From the NCBI GenBank assembly GCA_964349125.1, contig CAYGFH010000001.1, forward strand, positions 69,408 through 133,407: DNA of 64,000 nt, written 5' to 3'. This DNA is from an uncultured Gammaproteobacteria bacterium. GTDB lineage: Bacteria; Patescibacteriota; Microgenomatia; UBA10105; UBA927. A program made the position numbers and the translations under genes. Of this stretch, positions 48,466-58,924 are shown in pieces. The first letter of the stretch is position 1. The number at the start of each line of letters is the position of its first letter. The notes under the pieces were generated by a model. It searched no databases. It had not been told where the DNA came from and worked only from the letters and a program-made list of their open reading frames with translations.

Positions 48466-51400
48466 TTATCCCTCCATTCCTTATATTTCGGTATAAGTTC
48501 ACCGCGTGGATCAAACTCAAATACTCTCTGCGTCTTTGAGCCGTATTCAATCGTATCCAAGGCAGCTTCAGTAGATGTATCGTAAAATATCCGAACTGTG
48601 TCATTCTTTGTCATGAACCAAACCATATCAGAGAATCCGACCGGATACACCCACGCGTATCCGTTTTTAATCGGAAGGTTAACAACATGAAGTTCCATAG
48701 GTAGCGTTGCCCAATCATCCGTATAGGCCGCGTTTAATGAAATTACGCTTCTTCGAATTTTTTCTCCAGCTTCCTGCCAGTTATCCAACATTTTGTGTCG
48801 TTGGACAAACTGGAAAAGAAGAAACACTGAGAAAAACACCACCGTGGAATACCGTGCGACATCCTCCCCGTTCACCAGCAAATATGTATACAGTCTGTGC
48901 ACGCCAATTACCAACAGCAGCACAATACCAATTGTTGCCATATACCCGTATCGCAGTGCTATATTTCCCAGACCGAGAAACGGCAGGAGTGCGAGTAGAA
49001 AAAACACTGTACCAAATAGTGCAATCCGTTTTTCCTGCACTCCCCAGGTTTTGAATACCGTACTAACTACCTTATATGCGATAAATAGCAGCAATCCACC
49101 AAGCAGCGTGCTTATAACCAGATGGGAACGAAGGGCAATTCGAAGTAAATCGACAGCACTAACCGCCTGTGGTCCTCCTAATATGGCCGCCAAATAGCCA
49201 AATATATTCCCTACACTGTTTAACGGAAATTTCACTATGTTATAACTGTAATCCCCGCTGAACCAGTGACTCCCCGCCGCTAGTCTCGCAATCAGATAGA
49301 CAGGAACGGGTATGAGCAGATACCACAACCGTTTTTGTTGAATAAACGTACGCAATGAGCCTTCGTATAAAAATATGTATACGTACGCAAGAGAGATGAA
49401 TGGAGATACAATACCTAATTCATGAAATTGAGCGGCCACTAAACCTGAGAGTATGGCCAACACACTCAATGCACGTTTACCGAAAGTATACCACTCTGCT
49501 GTGGCAAAAATGCCTAGCAGAATGAAAAATGTGGTAAACAAAAATCCCACGGCAGAAATCCATACCACCGCCTCGGAATATCCTCCGATAATGACAAACA
49601 GCATTCCGCCTATAAGAGCCAATATTCCACCTTTAAATATCTTTCTAAACAGCAGATAGACCAGTGTTGCATTCAGTAAATGCAATACGAGCGAAACCAA
49701 ATGGTAAGTCGATTGGTTCAACCATGCGGCAGATTGCATGACCAGGAAATATATCTTTGTCCCGGGTCGATAAAAGAAACCGTCTGCCTCTAAGAAATAC
49801 GATCCGATCTCCCGCAGATTGAGCGAACACCGGCCTAAATCATTCGGAGCGCTGCAGGAAGCGGCCCAGTGTAACCAAGTGAAATCATCAGCGTGAAAAT
49901 AGTAGGTGGTAACAGCACCATACAGCGTATACCCAACCACAAGAATTGAAAGAATCCCCACCAGCGGATGAGACAACACTCTCATCACTTCTTTTTTCAT
50001 ATCCATCCGCATGTCAGATCCGAGTCTGAGAGAACCAAGCGCTATGCCGACCAACAGCCAGAGTGAGAACGCGACTTTTGACGCCTCAAATACATCGATA
50101 AATATGGCGTTTATGCATAATCCGACAATACCGGAGCACAATCCTACAACCAAACTTTTTACCAGTGGTGATTCAACGGAACGCAGTTGTGTATAGATAA
50201 CAATTCCGAACATGACAAAGATCCCAAAAAATGCGAGTGTCCCAAATGTTCCAACCTCGGCAAGCATACGCAGGTAGCTGTTATCAACAGCCAGACTCAC
50301 GGACCCATATCCGCTTCCCAGAAAAATATTTTTACGGAATGCTGCAAGTGCGTGTGGCCACTCACCCTGAAATCTGGTTGTGTACGAGAGATCATACGCA
50401 AGAGATTTTTTTATCAGATATGGTCCGTTTATTACCTGGACCTCCACAGGACCGGATTGGTCTTTTTTAATAATTTCATAATAAAAATTATTGAGTGATT
50501 TTGATATGGGAGATAGCGGCAAATTTACATAGCCCGTCCCCTGTGGCAAATCTTCACCTGTGGATACAATCGATGACACCATCAGAGGAACGTTTGCTGG
50601 AATTGCAGTGTACGGAATGATAATGCCGGAAACTGATGCCAACGGTGAATTGATGTCCATCGACTCATGCCGCAGTACATAATCACGGGGGCTCGTAAAA
50701 TTCTGTTGCCGTACCACTTTGTCAGCAAAATAGGTATTGGGAACAGTAGTGACTTTCCCGATAGGATTACCCGTTTTTGCATCAGTCAGTATGTCTACAG
50801 GTGTCAGTGTACTGGCATACCGAGCCAGCAGATTTGGAGAAAGATACAACGCGCCTGCGGCGACACAAAGAACAAGAGGAATCATGTATAAGATAAGCCG
50901 TTTTGTATGAAACACCAACACAAGTAAGCCGGCTACAACAAGTGCGATAAGTGAAATTCGGGATACAGTCAAAAACAACACATATACGCCAACCAGAAAC
51001 ACAACACCAACAAAAGGAATAAGGAGCCGTTTAATGCCGCCAAACATCATGCTCAGTAGTATCGGCAGGACAAGAACAAGATATGCCGCCAAATCATAAT
51101 GCCCCCCAAACGTGGACGGGACACGGGAAAGTGCGGATAAGGTGAGCGGTATACCCTTTGCAAACTCTTCATTCATCGTTAAAAATGCCGGAAAACCCAA
51201 GTAGCGCTGTCCCAATCCATATGCGCTTATGCATATGACCGTAGCCATGAGAACATAGAGAGCTATCGATACGTGTTTTTTATCACGTATACCCCAATAG
51301 GCGATAAAGAATACACTCATGTATTCTATACGGCGAATATACGAAAACAGCGCAACGTTCGGAAACACATTAGCTATAGTCGGGAAAATCAGCAGTACCC

Positions 51401-51695
51401 CATGTACTGTCGCAATTCCGCCTACCATCCAGAAAAGAAACAGAGAGCTTGTCAGTGGAGTGTTCAAGGACACTTTCTTTTTCCCCATGAGGTAAAACCA
51501 TATGATAAGAGCGCCAAGTACAAAAAAGTCCTCAAGTCGTATATACACCCAGGTGTTTTGAATATTAAATAATGGAAGTTTCGGGTACAACGGGATGAAC
51601 GCCAGTAAAAAGAGGGTAGAAATAAATAATATATGTTCTTTACACCAGTGTATAAGCTTCAACATACGTTTTTTTGAGGTACTCACTTCCGACAA
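48462..51695 (-). CDS. Giant polytopic membrane protein (1077 aa): N-terminal O-antigen-ligase/Wzy_C-like domain fused to a second multi-TM (GT-C-like) domain and a C-terminal soluble domain
   Basis: First ~520 aa have a Wzy_C-like TM architecture with a ~190-aa external loop. Residues ~540-900 form a second TM bundle that begins YYFHADDFTWLHWAAS, a DD motif in its first loop. The last ~170 aa are soluble. Confidence 0.6.
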   Translation of the reverse strand: MSEVSTSKKRMLKLIHWCKEHILFISTLFLLAFIPLYPKLPLFNIQNTWVYIRLEDFFVLGALIIWFYLMGKKKVSLNTPLTSSLFLFWMVGGIATVHGVLLIFPTIANVFPNVALFSYIRRIEYMSVFFIAYWGIRDKKHVSIALYVLMATVICISAYGLGQRYLGFPAFLTMNEEFAKGIPLTLSALSRVPSTFGGHYDLAAYLVLVLPILLSMMFGGIKRLLIPFVGVVFLVGVYVLFLTVSRISLIALVVAGLLVLVFHTKRLILYMIPLVLCVAAGALYLSPNLLARYASTLTPVDILTDAKTGNPIGKVTTVPNTYFADKVVRQQNFTSPRDYVLRHESMDINSPLASVSGIIIPYTAIPANVPLMVSSIVSTGEDLPQGTGYVNLPLSPISKSLNNFYYEIIKKDQSGPVEVQVINGPYLIKKSLAYDLSYTTRFQGEWPHALAAFRKNIFLGSGYGSVSLAVDNSYLRMLAEVGTFGTLAFFGIFVMFGIVIYTQLRSVESPLVKSLVVGLCSGIVGLCINAIFIDVFEASKVAFSLWLLVGIALGSLRLGSDMRMDMKKEVMRVLSHPLVGILSILVVGYTLYGAVTTYYFHADDFTWLHWAASCSAPNDLGRCSLNLREIGSYFLEADGFFYRPGTKIYFLVMQSAAWLNQSTYHLVSLVLHLLNATLVYLLFRKIFKGGILALIGGMLFVIIGGYSEAVVWISAVGFLFTTFFILLGIFATAEWYTFGKRALSVLAILSGLVAAQFHELGIVSPFISLAYVYIFLYEGSLRTFIQQKRLWYLLIPVPVYLIARLAAGSHWFSGDYSYNIVKFPLNSVGNIFGYLAAILGGPQAVSAVDLLRIALRSHLVISTLLGGLLLFIAYKVVSTVFKTWGVQEKRIALFGTVFFLLALLPFLGLGNIALRYGYMATIGIVLLLVIGVHRLYTYLLVNGEDVARYSTVVFFSVFLLFQFVQRHKMLDNWQEAGEKIRRSVISLNAAYTDDWATLPMELHVVNLPIKNGYAWVYPVGFSDMVWFMTKNDTVRIFYDTSTEAALDTIEYGSKTQRVFEFDPRGELIPKYKEWRDK

Positions 51696-52506
51696 TGTAT
51701 CCTATGATAACCGAGATGATCGCTTTGACGCGTAAAAAGAATTTTAACACGGATAGAGCAAGTCCGGAGTAGTGTTTTTTGTACACAAACATAAGACCTT
51801 TGTATATGTTGAGTACCGGACCTGTCCGCTTATTTTTTGAGCTGCCTCCCCCGATATGGATAATTTTGGATTCATGATAGAAATAGGTATCATGGCCTTT
51901 TTGTTTTGCGCGCATCAACAAATCTACTTCTTCCATATACATGAATATCTTTTCGTCAAATAGCAGATCATCCAAAAATACATCACGCCTACCCATAAAA
52001 CATGCACCACTCACCCAATCCACTTTTTTTGTTTCATCTGGTGACCAGCGAATGAGACCGTTTACATCACCTTTGAGAAACAGTGAGGCAAATACAACAG
52101 GGAGTGTAAAAAAATATCCGCATGAAGTCTGGGCTGATTTGTCGGTATTGAGAAGTTTTGGACCGACAAAATCATTCGGGTGCTTTTTAGCAAACTCATA
52201 CAATGATACGAGCGCTCCGGGGAGCGAAACCGTATCCGAATTTATAAGCACGGTGTATTCACCTTTTGACGCGCGGATACCCTGATTATTTGCCCGGCCA
52301 AATCCCACATTTTCCGAGTTTAAAATTGTCCGAACCTGCGGATATTTTTTCGCAAGCATGTTGCGGGTCCCATCTGTGGATACATTATCAACTACAAGTA
52401 TCTCGAATGTTAGCTTTGAAGATTTCAGCGTTGAATATATCGAGGCAAGACACTCATCAAGTATCTTTTCGGTGTTATAGCTCACGATAATGAAGGATAA
52501 GTCCAT
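51640..52506 (-). CDS. GT2-family glycosyltransferase
   Basis: LSFIIVSYNT, VVDNVSTDGT. 288 aa. Confidence 0.85.
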   Translation of the reverse strand: MDLSFIIVSYNTEKILDECLASIYSTLKSSKLTFEILVVDNVSTDGTRNMLAKKYPQVRTILNSENVGFGRANNQGIRASKGEYTVLINSDTVSLPGALVSLYEFAKKHPNDFVGPKLLNTDKSAQTSCGYFFTLPVVFASLFLKGDVNGLIRWSPDETKKVDWVSGACFMGRRDVFLDDLLFDEKIFMYMEEVDLLMRAKQKGHDTYFYHESKIIHIGGGSSKNKRTGPVLNIYKGLMFVYKKHYSGLALSVLKFFLRVKAIISVIIGYIVGSEYLKKTYVEAYTLV

Positions 52507-52508
52507 AG

Positions 52509-53072
52509 TTATTGAAACAGTCGGGCAAATTTTAATGTATATCGGAGATCCCTTGAGCGATTCTTTATAAATACAGCGGGAACTCCGCCGACCACTGTAT
52601 AAGGGGAAACGTCTTTGGTAACTACGGCACCTGACCCAATAACGGCTCCTTCGCCGACTGTGACTCCCGGCAATATTGTCACACGTGTTCCAATTACGAC
52701 ATAATCCTCTATCACCACAGCCCCACCGGCCTCTGAAAAATCCGGGCTGTCAATATCATGCTCCATGGTATAGATGCGTACCTCACCTGCAATAGATACA
52801 TTATTTCCGATTGTAAGAGGGTACCCGTGTTCTCTCCTGTATTTCAAAAACTGTTTGGCACGTCCGTCAAGAAACGCGTCGTTTCCAATAATTGTATTAT
52901 GCCCAATTGAGACTCCCGCAGGCTGATTAAACTCTGCCCTCCAATGAATTGAGCTGTCTCTCCCAATATTTATACGAAAGAAATATCTGTATAAAAATAG
53001 TCGTACGATATGGCTTGGAATGTAACCGGTTACGGTACATAAAAACACCCAAAAATCTATTAATAGTCTCAT
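52509..53072 (-). CDS. Hexapeptide-repeat (LbH) sugar O-acetyltransferase
   Basis: Hexapeptide repeats IGTRVTILPGVTVGEGAVIGSGAVV. WcaF/maltose-acetyltransferase-like, 187 aa. Confidence 0.8.
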   Translation of the reverse strand: MRLLIDFWVFLCTVTGYIPSHIVRLFLYRYFFRINIGRDSSIHWRAEFNQPAGVSIGHNTIIGNDAFLDGRAKQFLKYRREHGYPLTIGNNVSIAGEVRIYTMEHDIDSPDFSEAGGAVVIEDYVVIGTRVTILPGVTVGEGAVIGSGAVVTKDVSPYTVVGGVPAVFIKNRSRDLRYTLKFARLFQ

Positions 53073-53088
53073 ATATACAATTGTACAG

Positions 53089-54234
53089 TTATATTCTTTT
53101 AGCGGCTACCTGTTCCAATACATTGAGAGTCTGCTTTGCGGCTTTCTCCCAGGTAAATCGCTGCACCTGCTTCAATCCACTCCGGACGCGGGATCTACCG
53201 GCCGCCTGATTGCGCTCGCGAGTAGCCTTGACAAGTCCGGAGGCAATGTCGGAGGGACTATTGGGATCCACATATATACCTGCATCTCCTGCTATCTCCG
53301 GCAAGCTTGACACGTTACTCACCACAACCGGGCATTCGTTTGCCATTGCTTCCAAAACAGGTAATCCAAACCCTTCATAGAGACTAGGCAACGCAAAGCA
53401 TGAGGCGCAGCGGTAGAAAGTCGGCAACTCGCCGTCAGGCACGAAGTCCAGAAATTTGACCTTAGACTTGACGCCATGAGTTTCTGAAGACCTCAGTATT
53501 CCTTCAAAAAGCCATCCCTTTTTCCCTATGATCACTAAATTGATATCACCGGATTTTTCCGGTTCAGCCTTGAGAAATAATGAAAAAGCCTCTATAAGCT
53601 TTTCGTAATTCTTTCTCGGCTGGATGGTACCAACAGACAGGATAAAGCGCTTCGGTAGGGAATATTTTTTGAAAATATCTGTTGCGGTTGGCGGGTCTTT
53701 TTTTTGTGATGGCATAGATAATCCCGGGTACGTTACATGCACTGCAGCGCTTCTCTTTCCGTACATCTTAATTATATCATTTTTACTGTACTCACTTATG
53801 GTAAGCACCGCACTGGCTTTACTCACAGAATATTTTGTCCACTCCGTCAACTGTAACAGGTCTTTGTTTCGAAATAATTCAGGGAAATACAGATACGATA
53901 GGTCCATCACAGACATGACCCGTGGTGTGCTGATAAATCTGGGCACATAGTGTGTGGGTGAAAACACCACATCAGCCTTTGGCGAATCTCTGTAAATGGA
54001 AAGAGGTAACGCAATAAACGTCCATAGCTTGGACGGCTTTCGCACGCAGTACATCCAATGTGGCCCTGCCTTGGGCATATCGCCGCGTGGTTGAGACGGG
54101 AGGTATACACGCACGGTTATATCATCACGATTGGCAAGTAATGCATGTAACCAGCAGAGTATTTCATACGCATAACGCCCTATACCGACTCTATGTGACA
54201 CATTTGCCTCGTACCCATCAATTGCTAGTATCAT
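53089..54234 (-). CDS. GT4-family glycosyltransferase
   Basis: YEGFGLPVLEAMANECPVVVSN motif. 381 aa. Confidence 0.85.
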   Translation of the reverse strand: MILAIDGYEANVSHRVGIGRYAYEILCWLHALLANRDDITVRVYLPSQPRGDMPKAGPHWMYCVRKPSKLWTFIALPLSIYRDSPKADVVFSPTHYVPRFISTPRVMSVMDLSYLYFPELFRNKDLLQLTEWTKYSVSKASAVLTISEYSKNDIIKMYGKRSAAVHVTYPGLSMPSQKKDPPTATDIFKKYSLPKRFILSVGTIQPRKNYEKLIEAFSLFLKAEPEKSGDINLVIIGKKGWLFEGILRSSETHGVKSKVKFLDFVPDGELPTFYRCASCFALPSLYEGFGLPVLEAMANECPVVVSNVSSLPEIAGDAGIYVDPNSPSDIASGLVKATRERNQAAGRSRVRSGLKQVQRFTWEKAAKQTLNVLEQVAAKRI

Positions 54235-54833
54235 ATGCTGTACCCCGGATATACCACTGTTAATTTCTTCCCATCAATTCCCAACAATGTAAGACAGTCA
54301 TTTTTTGTGGCTTCACTGTCACAAAAAATCATATCGCAAGTCGCAACCACACGTTTGAGGCGAGCTGCATGCGTGGAGACGATGTTCGGGGCAATACGCA
54401 ATTTTTTACGGTCAAACCCAACCGTGTTATGTGACTGCTCGGGGAATTTCAGGGCGATAAGGTCATGTATTGTCGTTACTCCCTTTGCGCGAGAAAGTGG
54501 GGGTTGCGTCCAATCGCTACTCCAAAAAATATCAACAGATCCTATAAGCCACTCCACCGGGAGGATGTGCAATGTATTCCACATGATAGCAAGCACGGTG
54601 GGAGGGATCGGGTATACCCGAAGAGTCACGTTCTGTCGGCTTGGCAGTGAAGCATAGAATTCTTGAAACACCTGCTGTTTCCGAAGAGAAGCGCCAAACA
54701 ACACCAACTCATGCGATGAACGTGCCATGACAATCCCCCTGACCATTTCGCGCACGTACTTCGCCACACCTGTTCCCTCAAAAACAATTTGGCTTATGTC
54801 AATTCCTATCCGCATGGGTTCATTATATCGCAA
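54231..54833 (-). CDS. Truncated GT4-like protein: N-terminal (acceptor) domain only, possible pseudogene fragment
   Basis: 200 aa resembling a GT4 N-terminal domain (MRIGIDISQIVFEGTGVAKYV...). It stops where the donor-binding EX7E domain would begin. Its stop overlaps the start of the next complete GT4. Confidence 0.55.
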   Translation of the reverse strand: MRYNEPMRIGIDISQIVFEGTGVAKYVREMVRGIVMARSSHELVLFGASLRKQQVFQEFYASLPSRQNVTLRVYPIPPTVLAIMWNTLHILPVEWLIGSVDIFWSSDWTQPPLSRAKGVTTIHDLIALKFPEQSHNTVGFDRKKLRIAPNIVSTHAARLKRVVATCDMIFCDSEATKNDCLTLLGIDGKKLTVVYPGYSI

Positions 54834-54888
54834 ACAGCTTCCGCTGCGCGAAATTGCCTAGTTTTTAACACATAAAGAGGTGTGTATC

Positions 54889-55866
54889 TCAATATCCTGA
54901 CGGATGTGACTGATGCCATGCCCACGCTGTTTCAATAATAGCCTCCGGGCTTGTATACACTGGCTGCCAGCCCAATACCTCTTTTGCTTTCGTGTTGTTA
55001 GCAAAAATCGCATCTGGATCTCCCCATCTCCTGTTCGCATACTGGATATTCATGGTTTTCCCTGTCGCTTTCTCCACAGCTCTCAAGATTTCCAAATTTG
55101 AATACCCTTTACCGACACCCAGATTTACCGTAACTGATTGGGATTTTTTGGCGATATACTCGGCGGCCTTGAGATGTGCATCAGCCAGATCAAGTACATG
55201 GATATAATCACGTACACATGTCCCATCGACCGTATCATAATCGTTTCCGAATACCGTAAACGGTTTGCCTTTTACTATTGCGTCCAGTGCGACCGGAATT
55301 ATATGTGTTTCCACACCGTGAGCTTCTCCAAGAGACCCGTCAGGCAGCGCCCCGCACGCGTTAAAGTAACGCAGCTTCGCGTGGCGAACTCCGTGTATTT
55401 TTTCGTACCAATCCAGAATCTCTTCAAAATTGCGTTTGGATGCACCATAGACAGATGCGGGTGCGATCGGAGAGTCCTCCGTCACCGGTAAAGACTTTGG
55501 AAATCCGTATACTGCACAGGTGGAAGAAAATATGATCGTTTTGCAGTTCACTTCCAGCATCGCTTCCAATAAATTCAATCCGCCATCGATATTGTTGTGA
55601 TAGTATTCGTACGGTTTTTGCATGGATTCACCTGCCAGTGCCAATGCGGCGAAGTGTATGATCGCATCAAATCTCTCCGCTGTGAGCGCACTACGTATAT
55701 CATGTGGATTTCGGAGGTCTCCAACCACCAATTTTGTATCACCCACCGCTTCTCGGTGACCATTTTCCATGTTGTCAAAAATTACTGTATCGTGGCCCTT
55801 AGAGCGCAAAAGCCAATTTGTAACCGATCCGATGTACCCTGCTCCACCAGTAATTAAAAATTTCAT
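54889..55866 (-). CDS. galE: UDP-glucose 4-epimerase GalE
   Basis: MKFLITGGAGYIGS Rossmann motif and the YGASK catalytic YxxxK. The track ORF has a 24-aa upstream extension, and the Rossmann start at 55866 is preferred. Confidence 0.9.
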   Translation of the reverse strand: MKFLITGGAGYIGSVTNWLLRSKGHDTVIFDNMENGHREAVGDTKLVVGDLRNPHDIRSALTAERFDAIIHFAALALAGESMQKPYEYYHNNIDGGLNLLEAMLEVNCKTIIFSSTCAVYGFPKSLPVTEDSPIAPASVYGASKRNFEEILDWYEKIHGVRHAKLRYFNACGALPDGSLGEAHGVETHIIPVALDAIVKGKPFTVFGNDYDTVDGTCVRDYIHVLDLADAHLKAAEYIAKKSQSVTVNLGVGKGYSNLEILRAVEKATGKTMNIQYANRRWGDPDAIFANNTKAKEVLGWQPVYTSPEAIIETAWAWHQSHPSGY

Positions 55867-56084
55867 ACCGTATCCTTTCTGTATATCACTGAGTATATAC
55901 AATATATGAAAAAACAAAGAGCCGCGTACCAGGTACATCTCTCTGCCGTGAAAAATATCCAGCGTGAAAATAACGGAATCGAGAGAGCGAGAAAACCCAA
56001 ACCAACATAAACGAGTGATATCGGTTTACGAAAGGCAAGCAACGCTATGATTATAACCGCAAATATGATGTCTTGAATTTTCAT
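55863..56084 (-). CDS. Small two-TM membrane protein (73 aa), hypothetical
   Basis: Two hydrophobic helices. The stop overlaps the galE start in an ATGA arrangement. No homology recognised. Confidence 0.4.
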   Translation of the reverse strand: MKIQDIIFAVIIIALLAFRKPISLVYVGLGFLALSIPLFSRWIFFTAERCTWYAALCFFIYCIYSVIYRKDTV

Positions 56085-56142
56085 ACAGTTACAATTCGCA
56101 CAATCAAGATCAAATTGCAGGAATACACAGGTTTAATCGTAC

Positions 56143-57093
56143 CTACTGCAGTATTGATCTGTAATATTCTACCGTCTTTTGAAGCCCATGTTCCAAATCT
56201 ACTCCGGGATTCCACCCAAGTAGTTTGCCGGCTTTGGTAATATCAGGTTTTCGTTTAATCGGATCATCTTCAGGCAATGGCTCATGTACAATTTCGGAAG
56301 TAGAGCCGGTCATCTGTTTTATCTTTTGTGCCATATCAATCATGGAATATTCAACCGGGTTTCCTAAATTTATAACTTCCCCTTTTGTGTTATCTTCGAA
56401 CATTGCTTTGGTGATCCCCTGTACCATATCGCTCACATAGCAAAATGAGCGGGTTTGTCTACCGTCACCATACACAGTAATCGGATTGTTACGAATAGCC
56501 TGATTTATAAAATTAGAAATAACGCGTCCGTCATCTACGCGCATGTGTGGTCCGTATGTATTAAATATGCGCACGATTCTGGCATCAACGCTATGCTTTC
56601 GCACGTAGAGTAACGTCATCATTTCTCCAAACCGTTTTGCTTCATCGTAACAAGCTCTTTTACCATTTGGGTTTACATGCCCCCAATATGTTTCTTTCTG
56701 CGGATGCTCTGCAGGATCACCGTATACTTCAGACGTGGATGTGTATAAGAATTTCGCCTTGTACACTCGCGCGATTTTGAGTAGTGATCGGGTGCCTATG
56801 GAATTAACGAGTGCAGTTTCTTCATCGTACTTCTGATAATCCGGCACAGACGCGGGAGACGCTAGATGAAACACAAAGTCCACTCTGGGAAACACAGGCA
56901 ATTCATGAGAAACATCCCACTTCAAAAAAGAAAATTTCGAATGTTTTTTCACCCCAGACAGATTCGTTTCCACCCCCGTGAGCAAATTGTCCAAACAAAT
57001 CACAGAATACCCTGATGTCAGAAGCGCTTCACATAAATGGGAACCGATAAAGCCGGCACCTCCTGTAACAACACATACCTCATTTTTTTCCAT
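56143..57093 (-). CDS. UDP-glucuronate decarboxylase (UDP-xylose synthase, UXS)
   Basis: Close identity to UXS1-type enzymes through GGAGFIGSHL, LASPASVP, STSEVYGDP, YDEAKR (YxxxK), RIFNTYGP and NLGNP. 316 aa. Confidence 0.9.
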   Translation of the reverse strand: MEKNEVCVVTGGAGFIGSHLCEALLTSGYSVICLDNLLTGVETNLSGVKKHSKFSFLKWDVSHELPVFPRVDFVFHLASPASVPDYQKYDEETALVNSIGTRSLLKIARVYKAKFLYTSTSEVYGDPAEHPQKETYWGHVNPNGKRACYDEAKRFGEMMTLLYVRKHSVDARIVRIFNTYGPHMRVDDGRVISNFINQAIRNNPITVYGDGRQTRSFCYVSDMVQGITKAMFEDNTKGEVINLGNPVEYSMIDMAQKIKQMTGSTSEIVHEPLPEDDPIKRKPDITKAGKLLGWNPGVDLEHGLQKTVEYYRSILQ

Positions 57094-57109
57094 ATTGTTT
57101 TTTATTCTA

Positions 57110-58870
57110 TCACGACTTGTGACGTCTGTATTTCACGAGAATCAGGCATGCAAGCACAAAGACTACAGCACTCACTACGAGACCCCGTTTCATCCAATGG
57201 ATCTGCGTTGATACATGAGAAGGAGTGTGAGAGACAAAGGTAAACGGCAGATGGACAAACACGGCAAGCTGGGTGAACGATGTGTCCTTTTGACTCATTC
57301 GGTTTCTGAGAGCAAGGATGAGTCTTTCACGATCAGTTGATTCATATTTATACTCACGGAGGAAAAATCTGCGCCACACATCAATCGGAACCACAACATA
57401 TTTCACGCCATTTTCACGAAGTTTTTTTTCAAATGCCGATGAATCGATGATATCCAATATTCCAGATATAGAAGAAGTGCCAAAGAGTATCTCAGATGTA
57501 AGCGCGGGGTGTATGTCTGATTTATAGGAGAACTTTTCAGCAGTTGGCAGCCACAGGACTCTGGAAGGTGTAGGATCGGCAATCAGCATATCTTTAAGAC
57601 GTACGTATTCCGCTGGAACTGATTTGGGTGAAAAATTTCCCGATACGGTGCCCAAGTACACAGGACGCATCATAAAAAGCCACATACCAACAAACAACAC
57701 CGGGATCACGTATACACCAGACTGTCTGCTTTTTCGGGATGGTAGGACACGACCCAGATAACTGCTCATATGTATAAGTGTGTACGGTATGGCCACTGCG
57801 TATCCAAGCGAGGTGAAAAGATAGAACTTTGTGGGATCACGAAACATCACAAAACCTGGCACGTGATCGAACATCCACGCAAATATCCCTCCCATGGGTT
57901 CCTGCACACCTTTGGCAAAAAATGCCCCAACAAGCGACAGCAATACAAAAAATACTACGCGCAGTTTGGCAGTATGATCCTGATTTTTTTTATGTGTTAC
58001 AAAGAGAAGAGATGCAAATGCCAGTATAGGTAGCAATAAAAATTCCGGCTGCAGGAAATACACTTTCCCAAATAGATTTTCCGGCCAGTTTGGATGTAAC
58101 AGGGATAGCGCATGTGAAAAATCTGCGACGCTTAAAAAACGAAGCATTCCTGCGCTTGTATACTCCTGGGAAAGTGAGGTTGATCCCCGTGCGAGTATCG
58201 CAGGCAGAATCCAAAAAGCGTGAATTCCCACAGCCACGACAATTGGCACAGGAAATATATGTAACAGCATATGCAGTATTGACCTGATCGCGACTCGGTG
58301 GTGGATGCAAAATATGCACAGAAAAATCCCAAGTGCAATCATCGTGAGATACATGAACCGCAGATCAAACGCGATAAGAATCCCAAGTAACAGCCCGAGT
58401 CTTGCATGGCTATACAATTGCGTGACCATGGAGCGCTTCACTGAGTGAAATTCTTCGATATGCTCAAAGAATGCTGACAGCACCAATGGGACAAACGAAT
58501 ATGCCAGCATCACACCCCGCTGTCCCCCGTCAAACAGGAGTAGGGAGTATGTATTTGCCATATAGACTAGTATAGAAATAATTCGCGCCCAACGCGGGAA
58601 TGCTAACCTTCTGGTGAGTGACCATACGGAATGAATCATGAGCACAGCAGGAAGTATCCAGAGGATTTTATCTATACTCCACCAGTCCAATCCGATTGTC
58701 GAGGCAAGTTTAATAAATAGTCGGATCGGATAATCTATCCATAACTGAAAAAGTAAATTCCTGCCAAACCCGCTTGTTGCATCCCAAATCCGTGGTAACC
58801 AATCGATTTGTTGTAGCTGCTCGGTAAAAAAAAATGGTGAATCACCTGCTGAAAAATATCCTAATGTCAT
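57110..58870 (-). CDS. Polytopic integral membrane protein (586 aa), uncharacterised; possible GT-C/YfhO-like
   Basis: ~13 TM segments and no soluble domain. No recognisable motif. Confidence 0.5.
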   Translation of the reverse strand: MTLGYFSAGDSPFFFTEQLQQIDWLPRIWDATSGFGRNLLFQLWIDYPIRLFIKLASTIGLDWWSIDKILWILPAVLMIHSVWSLTRRLAFPRWARIISILVYMANTYSLLLFDGGQRGVMLAYSFVPLVLSAFFEHIEEFHSVKRSMVTQLYSHARLGLLLGILIAFDLRFMYLTMIALGIFLCIFCIHHRVAIRSILHMLLHIFPVPIVVAVGIHAFWILPAILARGSTSLSQEYTSAGMLRFLSVADFSHALSLLHPNWPENLFGKVYFLQPEFLLLPILAFASLLFVTHKKNQDHTAKLRVVFFVLLSLVGAFFAKGVQEPMGGIFAWMFDHVPGFVMFRDPTKFYLFTSLGYAVAIPYTLIHMSSYLGRVLPSRKSRQSGVYVIPVLFVGMWLFMMRPVYLGTVSGNFSPKSVPAEYVRLKDMLIADPTPSRVLWLPTAEKFSYKSDIHPALTSEILFGTSSISGILDIIDSSAFEKKLRENGVKYVVVPIDVWRRFFLREYKYESTDRERLILALRNRMSQKDTSFTQLAVFVHLPFTFVSHTPSHVSTQIHWMKRGLVVSAVVFVLACLILVKYRRHKS

Positions 58871-58924
58871 ATGTATCAGTAATATGGTACTGAGTATAGA
58901 TATATTTTACAACGTTGTCGTTTC

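Noticed and set aside
56085-56142. Imperfect inverted repeat GATCAA..TGCAG / CTGCAG..TTGATC downstream of the UXS gene
   Set aside because: Imperfect and with no following T-run, so it is not a convincing terminator or operator.
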